A stretch of DNA of 32,473 nucleotides from Proteromonas lacertae. Its lineage: Eukaryota. The position numbers and the translations under genes were made by a program. This document shows positions 1 to 7,400 of this stretch, piece after piece; position 1 is the stretch's first letter, and each line of letters begins with the position of its first letter. The notes below the pieces were generated by a model, which was not told the DNA's origin, searched no databases, and was given only the letters and a program-made list of their open reading frames with translations. Location: contig NGBS01000632.1 in assembly GCA_002245135.1 (NCBI GenBank), forward strand, positions 1-32,473. The letters run 5' to 3'.

Positions 1-705
1 GAAACATAAATACATTCTCTCTCCAAAGAATACATCACTTTTCATTGATAAAAATGTATTGTAATAATTTACCTAAAAACATCTTTACATGAATAGTTTT
101 AGACTTCTTATACTGTTGATATTTATCTGTTGTTCCAGTAGGCTGTAACAAATGTAGCTTCTTCTTTATCCATTTCCCATTCATTTTCATCAAGAATTAA
201 ATGATCATGGTATTCATCATTCCATTTTAATTGAATTCCATCATAATAATTAGATTGATAAAAAATGTCAGATCTTTTTCTCACTAATTCATCCATAAAC
301 ACTCTATAGTGTTCATAATTGTCATCAAGCTTAACTAGATCTGTTCCTGTATTATTACATAAACGAAATGCTGCTAATCCAAATCCTTCTTTCATTCCTT
401 TTATATACTTTGGATATAACTCACCACTAGCTGCTACATTACCACTAAGATCAATTTTTTTAAATGCATTTGCTGCAGCAAGTGAATGAGTTTCAATTTC
501 GATATCATATTGAATGTAAGACTTTGCAAGGTTTATAATGTTCTCACCACTTAATTCGAACCTTATTTCATCTGAATAAGTGTTATCTTTAAGTTGATAG
601 AATGATTTAGTTTCCATTGGTGTCAACTTGAACATACTGGTAAAAGGCCATCATTGCTGGAACGTCTACACCGTGTTTTTGCTCTTTTGGGATAGTTAGA
701 GACAT
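1..705 (-). pseudogene. Major capsid protein-like gene (double jelly-roll type), N-terminal part, with three apparent +1 frameshifts; runs off the window start
   Basis: ATG at 705 gives MSLTIPKEQKHGVDVPAMMAFYQYV. A shift near 631 continues into KLTPM...DEIRFELSGENIINLAKSYIQYDIEI...FRLCNNTGTDLVKLDDNYEHY. Shifts near 147 and 63 give ...IHVKMFLGKLYNTFLSMKSDVFFGERMYLCF. The IRFEL..G..INL..SYI.Y.I pattern and the position right after a penton-like gene resemble PLV-type MCPs. Confidence 0.62.
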
Positions 706-1700
706 CAGAAACACAAAATAAAAATAAAATAAAAATTAGACTTTAAGACAACAATATCTAAATTAAACTCGATATTATCAAGATTGAGTTCATAACCATT
801 TTGTTGAGTAATCTGAATAGTAATTTGACCATTGGTATAAGTATTATTGAACATTTTACTAGTATTAAGAATGTCATTGTTCTGGTATGTAATGAATGGT
901 AACTCAGGGTTTGCTATTGGTATATTTTCTAACACATTTGAATCTTGAATGATGTTTACAATATCTAAACGAATGGATATCGCACTAACCCATATAAGAG
1001 ATGGACGATATGGTAATTGAGTAAATGGGAAATCTACTGAAAATGCAGCTAATGCTTTTTCTGTTCCTTGAGGTCCTGGAACAAATTTATCATAACATAA
1101 CCAATAGTTATTATTTGGAATACCTAATATCTTGTAGGCTAAATCTTTTGTTACTATTTCTATTTTTGAAATCCAAAAAATAGGTTTTGTTAAACTATAT
1201 AATGCATTCATTTTACTTGCAATTTTTAAATGTCTGGTATGTTCATCATCTTTATCATCTAGCTTAAATAAATCACCATTACCTTCTATTACAGGTGTAT
1301 ATAGTATATCCTTAACTATAAACAAATCATCATCAGGAATTTCAAAATCTATATATTTTATAGAACGTATTCCATCATTGATTAACTTAATAATCTGATT
1401 CTCATCATAAAAACCTTCAGGAATTTGTACTGATACACATACTGTGGGTTTTTCTGGCGCTGCGCCATCTTCTTTATCATAATCACATGTAAATAAGAAC
1501 TGAAACGTATCGTTTGTCTCTGCTTGTATAGTAGGGAAAGAATTAGGGACAACTGCGTGTAATAACGACACATGAGTATAATCTTGATCAAATGATGGTA
1601 AGGCTAAGGTCTTTTTGTATCTATTCCCTACTCCGAATGTCCCTGTAGTCATTACCATATCAGAATTTAAATAGTATACACGGTGATTAGAGACTAACAT
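705..1700 (-). CDS. Minor capsid (penton, single jelly-roll) protein-like, 331 aa
   Basis: Motif order typical of PLV/virophage/NCLDV pentons: N-terminal YYLNS, VSLLHAVVPNSFPTI, VQIPEGFYD, KILG, VLENIPI, and C-terminal ITIQITQQNGYELNLDNIEFNLDI. Intronless. Confidence 0.75.
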   Translation of the reverse strand: MLVSNHRVYYLNSDMVMTTGTFGVGNRYKKTLALPSFDQDYTHVSLLHAVVPNSFPTIQAETNDTFQFLFTCDYDKEDGAAPEKPTVCVSVQIPEGFYDENQIIKLINDGIRSIKYIDFEIPDDDLFIVKDILYTPVIEGNGDLFKLDDKDDEHTRHLKIASKMNALYSLTKPIFWISKIEIVTKDLAYKILGIPNNNYWLCYDKFVPGPQGTEKALAAFSVDFPFTQLPYRPSLIWVSAISIRLDIVNIIQDSNVLENIPIANPELPFITYQNNDILNTSKMFNNTYTNGQITIQITQQNGYELNLDNIEFNLDIVVLKSNFYFIFILCF

Positions 1701-1712
1701 TTTGAAAAAAAT

Positions 1713-1754
1713 AATAATGTCAATATTGGTAATATTAGTAATATTGACACTATT
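1713..1754. promoter_or_regulatory. Near-palindromic element in the 62-bp divergent intergenic region (putative bidirectional viral promoter)
   Basis: TGTCAATATT (1718-1727) and AATATTGACA (1740-1749) form a perfect inverted pair. Three AATATT hexamers sit at 1722, 1731 and 1740 (9-bp period), between ATGs at 1700(-) and 1763(+). Confidence 0.6.
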
Positions 1755-1762
1755 TTTATTTT

Positions 1763-2386
1763 ATGGAAGATAATAAAAAACCTAAACATAGAACAGTTCC
1801 ATTCAAATTAACAGAATTAGACAAACAAGTAATCATCAGAAGCTTCAGAAAAGACGGTAAAATCAGAGCTCCCACAAAATCGAAATTATATCATTTAATT
1901 TCAGGATCAAAATCAAGACTTACATACTCAGAGATAAGATATATATTGAAATACATCGAAGATGAGTACAAATATTACATAGAATCAAAGTTTAAGACAG
2001 GTTGTTTTAATGGACCAATCATTGAACAAGTAAAAGTACCTCTTAACGCGCCAAAACTAACCGCTTCAAGCTTCGCTCAAGCCTTAAGTAAACACAAAGA
2101 ACACAGAATTGCAGGTCAAAAGAAGACAAGAATGATGTTAGAACAGATTTTAGCATTACATAAGAAGGAAGAAGAGGACTTTTTACCTCCACAAGAGATA
2201 ATTGACATAAAAGATGACGAAATTAAGGTAAAAGAAGAGGTAAATTACATAAAACCGGTCACAAAATCGAATGTAAACAGTTTAAGTGGTTTAGAAGACT
2301 TGTCTCCTGTTAACTCAGTTCCTAGTTTAAGTCCAAAATCAATAACAGATAAAAGCATTATAAGGCCTAATTGTATTATATTTTAA
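1763..2386 (+). CDS. Hypothetical viral protein, 207 aa: basic helical N-terminus, SP-rich tail, C-terminal CaaX-like CIIF
   Basis: Intact intronless ORF divergent from the capsid genes; ends RPNCIIF-stop; contains EIIDIKDDE. Confidence 0.75.
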   Translation: MEDNKKPKHRTVPFKLTELDKQVIIRSFRKDGKIRAPTKSKLYHLISGSKSRLTYSEIRYILKYIEDEYKYYIESKFKTGCFNGPIIEQVKVPLNAPKLTASSFAQALSKHKEHRIAGQKKTRMMLEQILALHKKEEEDFLPPQEIIDIKDDEIKVKEEVNYIKPVTKSNVNSLSGLEDLSPVNSVPSLSPKSITDKSIIRPNCIIF

Positions 2387-2418
2387 TTTTTTTGTTAATT
2401 GATTTAAAATTTTTTCTT

Positions 2419-2655
2419 ATGGGGAACGATATAATGACAATTTTACTCTCTGTATTAGTATTTATACTCTATATGCTCGCTTTGGCACTGTACAAATACT
2501 TCAAAGCACACAATTGTATTCCAAATGAGGTAGATATCGCAGACATTCGTTCAAATATGACCGATATGATGGAGAAAGGCTTGCAGCATGACAAGACATT
2601 GGAAGATATAAAGACATATATAGACATTGTGAATAAAAGAAAGCACACAGTTTAA
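2419..2655 (+). CDS. Small single-pass membrane protein, 78 aa (element-encoded)
   Basis: The first ATG is at 2419 (MGNDIM...). A hydrophobic stretch ILLSVLVFILYMLALALY is followed by KYFK and a short amphipathic helix. The track's TTG start at 2371 overlaps the previous gene and is unlikely. Confidence 0.65.
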   Translation: MGNDIMTILLSVLVFILYMLALALYKYFKAHNCIPNEVDIADIRSNMTDMMEKGLQHDKTLEDIKTYIDIVNKRKHTV

Positions 2656-2690
2656 ATAATTTGTAACGAATTAATTTTTTATTATATAAT

Positions 2691-2783
2691 AAACGGCTAT
2701 TTTTTTTAGGGAAAGTGAAACGACTCTTTATTTAGGGAAAGTAAAACGACTATTTTTTCAGGGAAAGTAAAACGACTATTTTT
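2691..2783 (+). repeat. Tandem 26-27 bp repeat, about 3.5 copies (AAACGACTATTTTTTTAGGGAAAGTA consensus)
   Basis: Units start at 2691, 2718, 2744 and 2770 (partial). A related single copy lies at 3974-3994. Confidence 0.9.
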
Positions 2784-2999
2784 CTTTTAAAAAAATGAAA
2801 GTTATTATTGAGATTCGAACGCGTTTTCATCATTTAAATAGCAACGGTTAAACAGTTAGACTAAATAATTGCCTAAAATAAAGTACATGTGACGATTCAT
2901 TTTGTACAATGTCGATTGAAGAATAATTCTCAATCGTTGCGTCAAAAATAGAATATGAAGAAATTTCTTAGAAAATTCAAAAATTTGAATTTTCAAATA

Positions 3000-3122
3000 T
3001 TCAAATCTATTTTGACGAGGTTTGACTTGAACGGTTGGTTTGTGCATCAAATTTCAAATCTAATTTGACAAATGCTTGACTTGAACAGTCGGTTTGTGCA
3101 TCAAACTTCAATTTAATTTGAA
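3000..3122 (+). repeat. Tandem 53-54 bp imperfect repeat, about 2.3 copies
   Basis: TTCAAATCTAwTTTGAC...TTGACTTGAACrGTyGGTTTGTGCATCAAA at 3000 and 3053, with a partial third copy at 3107. Confidence 0.85.
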
Positions 3123-3283
3123 AAATAAGAAATTGGCTTGCAAATTCATTTTGAAAATAATTATTTGGCTTGTCCGAAATGAAATTGAAGAACCGTTTCA
3201 GAATTATTGTGTTTCGTCATTTTTGAAAATGATGAAACGGCATTTTAGGCAAATTTTAAAATTTAAATTTTTGAATTTTTAAA

Positions 3284-3380
3284 TTTCGCGCGCTCTCTGT
3301 CTAAAATTTGAATTATTTAAAAAAACTAGCGAGTTTTAATAATTTAGCGCGAGCTAGCTTAATTGGTTTTCGCGCCAAAA
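3284..3380. promoter_or_regulatory. Cluster of E2F-consensus sites upstream of the 3499 gene
   Basis: TTTCGCGC at 3284-3291, variant TTTAGCGCG at 3343-3351, and dyad TTTTCGCGCCAAAA at 3367-3380, in otherwise CG-poor DNA. Confidence 0.55.
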
Positions 3381-3498
3381 ACTATTTTTTAGTTATAATG
3401 ATTAGTTCAAAATAGAATTTAAATTTTATATAGGAATTGTATACTATTCATTCAAATCTATTTTGAAAATTACAATTAATCTTAAAATTATTGAAAAA

Positions 3499-3783
3499 AT
3501 GTCTTCACCCATTAATCCTAAAGAACCAGTCGATTTAACTACTGAAAACAATGAACCTTGTATAAATACACATTCAATTTAATTTTCAATAGCGCATTTC
3601 ATCATCGATTTAACGAATGAAGATGATGAAGTGCCAAAGAAGAGAAGTTACGCTGTCATGACAACCAACGGTCGCACAAAACGTTACAAAACAAGAACGG
3701 TTACAAAAATGCGAACAATTGATGAACAAGATTTACCTGAAGAAGAAGGACCCGTCAGTAGATTAATTAATTCAACTCATTAA
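3499..3783 (+). CDS. Spliced 83-aa microprotein with two SIM-like motifs and a basic NLS-like patch (exons 3499-3559, 3593-3783)
   Basis: AAAAATG start. The 33-nt GTATAA...CAATAG intron contains an in-frame TAA. Spliced product: MSSPINPKEPVDLTTENNEPSHFIIDLTNEDDEVPKKRSYAVMTTNGRTKRYKTRTVTKMRTIDEQDLPEEEGPVSRLINSTH. Absent from the ORF track. Confidence 0.7.
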
Positions 3784-3992
3784 TTGTTTTTATGATTGAA
3801 TTATGACTCTAAATGCTTTTTTTGATACTTTAAAAAAAAAAAAAAAAAACATAAAAAAAACTGTGCATGAGCACAGGCCCGTACTCGCCATACTTCAAAT
3901 TTTAAAAAAGCTTGATTCACAAACCGCCAGTTTAAAAATTCAAAAATTCAAATTTTTAAAAATTCAAAAAATGAAACGGCTATTTTTATTTT

Positions 3993-4035
3993 AGCCTCGG
4001 GTCCAGCGTCAAGCCTCGTGGTCCAGCGTCAAGCC
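3993..4035 (+). repeat. GC-rich 19-20 bp tandem repeat near the putative element terminus
   Basis: AGCCTCGGGTCCAGCGTCA (3993-4011), AGCCTCGTGGTCCAGCGTCA (4012-4031), then AGCC. Confidence 0.9.
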
Positions 4036-4054
4036 ATTTTGGGTCTGTAGCCCT

Positions 4055-4400
4055 TAATATATATTATTATGTCGTTTGTGTTTATTTCTTGATTGAGTGT
4101 ACAATGCTGTTTATTCGTAATATTTTCTTCCAGTCTAAAGAAAAGAAACAACGCTGTAAATATAGAGGAATAGTATGATATAGTTTTATTGTAACTTGAC
4201 TAGAATCAGTTTATTCAGTATTTTACCGTAATAAATCTGATTAAGGAAGTGTTAAGATGTAGCGTTTCTAGATTAGCATCGATAAGTAAAGCATTAATGT
4301 CATCTATCTGTTCATCTTGTTATAAATGTTCATTTCTTCATTTAGAAAAAAATACTTACTACAACATGCTCATTATGCCGGTAAGCAGCATTCTAAATCA
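4055..4400 (-). pseudogene. Remnant of a host-type intron-containing gene running into the element boundary
   Basis: The minus strand reads QDEQIDDINALLIDANLETLHLNTSLIRFIT, then a 27-nt GT-AG intron (4226-4200), then SSYNKTISYYSSIFTALFLFFRLEENITNKQHCTLNQEINTNDIIIYI up to about 4055. There is an upstream in-frame TAA and a second candidate intron at 4359-4336. Confidence 0.4.
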
Positions 4401-4419
4401 ATGTGTCGCTTTTACTAAA

Positions 4420-7400
4420 ATGAGAAAAATATGTGGATGTATTAATATATATATTCTCATTTTTATATAATAGGTTTCATGTTTTACTTGCTGATATGTT
4501 CAAATGTTTGTTTATGTGATGATAATGCTTATTTTGCTGATTTGTTGAATGGACCAAATACTGTTATTTTGGATCATCCTATTACACTTCATTCGCAAGA
4601 TTTTTCAAGTTATTTTAAAGCAACATATTTAATAGGACTTAGAGAAGTTTCACCTATTACAATAGTAGTGGATGAAAATAGATCTATCAATTTGTTTAGT
4701 GAGCTAAATGGAAAATATATAGAACGTATTACATTTGTAATTAACACAACATTACCAATAAATGGAGGTGGAATTATTAAATTCATGAATAGTTCAACTT
4801 TAAGTGATATTGTAGTTAATATTAATGGAAGATTATTAATTGAATCATCATCAAATGAAAAAAATGCGATATTGTGTAATGAAATGAAAGATAGTACAAT
4901 TACAGGTGATATTGTATTCGATGATATGGAAGTTAGTATTAAAGAAAATTCATATTTTGGTTTAATTTGTGGTTGTATTGATGAATCAACCAATCAAAAT
5001 AAAGAATTATCATATGGTTTTATGAATGTCATAGGAGATACAATAAAAATAAATAATAAAAAAGAATCTATAGTTGGCTTGGTATTTGGTGCATCGTTCA
5101 CAAATATAAATATAGATGTTGCATATGTTCTAATAAAAACAGACATAAGCATTGAATCAAATGATGATTATGAAAGTGTAGGATTCTTTATAGGTTATAG
5201 TAATTGTAGTACTAAATTTGGTAAAAATTCAATTGATATACACTTAGGGAATATAACTAAATTTGGTGGATTGGTAGGTAAAGAAGACCAAGAATTGACT
5301 GTAACAACTGCTTTGATTAGATTGTATTTAACTGATAATTTCAATATGAGTAGTAAATTTGGATTGATTGGTTATGAAAGTGTTCATGATATGACTATGG
5401 ATAATAGTTATTTTGATATAATAGACAATAGAAGCAATAGTGGATCTATATTATCCGATAATATAATAACAGTCAAAGTAATATATTCTGCTACAGGTAG
5501 AATATCAGTTACTAATAGTTATATGACTGTATCTAATTCTTCAATAGTAGAAAATGATATTAGCAATAATATAGAATTACTTTCATCATACTGTATTCCA
5601 TCAGATTCAAATCTCGCAACTCATGATTACATACGAAATGGTATTTCCTTCATTATTATATTGGAAGTTCCATATTACTATAATAATGAATTCTACAGAG
5701 GACAACCTTTATATGATTCAACTAGTATAATATGTACAGAAATATCTATATCTCCAGCTTTAGAAAAGATAGAATTCATTAATGTAGATTATGTTCCAAA
5801 AGAATTACAGATCACAATTAATAAACATGATATGCCTACTCCAGTAATAGTGATTCTATCATTTAATGAAAGTTATTTCAGAGTAATACCAACAATAATT
5901 GAATTAAGAGACAGTAGTAGTTTTACAATAACTCCAAAGGATACTCATAGAAATATTTCTTCTTTATTGTCATTTGAAGTGAAAAGTGAAAGTATATTCA
6001 TTAATAATTTTCAAATAAATCCAATTATACTTTCTACAATATTTGTTGCTATATCTGCACCAAAATTATTATCATGCAGATTAAGAGATGAAGATTATAT
6101 TTTGGTATTAGAATTTGATAAAAAATGTATAATGAAAGGAGTAAAAGTTAATGAGATCTTTACATCGAATGAAAATGAGTTATTAATATTTGATCCATCC
6201 ACTACCATTGATGTTTTATTTTTTATGTGGACAAATGATGAAACCTTATATGTTTATTATAATTCAACAACTGAGAATGTTACAGTCGATTCAAAAGTAA
6301 CAATTAAAGAAGGATATATATATCCAAATGTAGATTATAGTACTTCTACAAATGATACATTACCCATTAAATTAAGAACAAATATTCCACAAGTAATAAA
6401 AAGTGAGTTTATGGATGAAAATACTGTAGTAATAAAATTTGATGTTGATATAAAAGATGGAATAGATATAAATGGAAGAAAATGTAATGAAATATTTAAC
6501 GATACTTCATTTAGTTTATCATCAATGTGCTATTTATCATCACCAAAAGAAATAACAATGAAATTATCAAATCCAACTACATTAAGTCTAAATGATTATT
6601 TACATTTTATTCCAAATGTAATTAAGAGTAGTAAGAATCATATAAAAGGATGTGAAGGTAAAATAATTATAACAACAAATATATTTTATTCTATTCAACT
6701 AAGTATAATAAAACCACGATTTGTTTCTCCTTGCTATGATTTTATTATATATGGAAAGTCTTCAAATGAAATAAGGCCATTAATATATCATTGGAGTTCT
6801 TCAAATGAAACATTGAATAGTATAATTAAATCATTAAATGAACCAATGATTGTAATACCAAAGAACTCATTAGATGGTGATAATGATTATAATATTACAT
6901 TAGAGGTTGAAAGTCCTTTTAGTCATGAAACATATTACATAAACGAAACATTTCGTGTAGGTTCAGATTCTGAATTAAACATAAATATAGAAGGAGATGA
7001 TTATGTAAGTGTAGTAGTTGATCAAAGTGTTTATGTTCGGGGAAGAGTGTCATTATATCAATGTAATGAGAATATTCCAAAACCAGAAATCAATTATAAT
7101 TGGTCAATAAAAAATGAAATTGATGATGAAATTGAAATTGATATATCCAAATATGAAATAGTAGATGAAACTAGATTGTTTTTCGACTCATTTACAATAG
7201 AAAAAGGTCAATATACAATTGTTTTAAATTCTTCAGTTAGTGGTTTACATTCTAGTTATTCAATTAATTTTTATGTAGAAGGATCACAAACAATTGAAGT
7301 TTTATATCCAATTTTTTTGAGTCAAAACAAATCAGAACCAATAATAATAGATTTATCAAATTTGAAGGATCATTATTCAGGAATGATGATTGCCTATAAT

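Larger units (their letters stand above)
1..4054. mobile_element. End segment of an endogenous Polinton/PLV/virophage-like DNA virus (continues beyond the window start)
   Basis: Adjacent major- and minor-capsid-like genes, compact mostly intronless orphan ORFs, and a repeat-rich, CpG-containing non-coding arm. GC-rich terminal repeats end ...GTAGCCCT at 4054, followed by an abrupt switch to intron-bearing host-type sequence. The right boundary is inferred. Confidence 0.75.

Noticed and set aside
1790..1960. Resemblance of KLYHLI...LTYSEIRYIL to the N-terminal helical region of Polinton integrases
   Set aside because: No DDE catalytic core follows, and the similarity is too weak to call by eye.
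2691..2783. CRISPR-like array or telomeric TTTAGGG seeds
   Set aside because: The units are head-to-tail with no unique spacers, no cas genes are present and the context is eukaryotic. TTTAGGG occurs only once per unit in two units, not as a tandem telomeric tract.
2856..3282. ORFs 2856-3050(-) and 3094-3282(+)
   Set aside because: Non-ATG starts, they lie over tandem repeats and motif clusters, and their F/K/L/I-rich composition is typical of translated AT-rich non-coding DNA.
3803..3994. 63-aa ORF
   Set aside because: Built from an A homopolymer and TTCAAAAA repeats; no protein-like features.
4249..4470. 73-aa plus-strand ORF
   Set aside because: GTG start; it is antisense to the minus-strand remnant and runs into the first exon and intron of the receptor gene.
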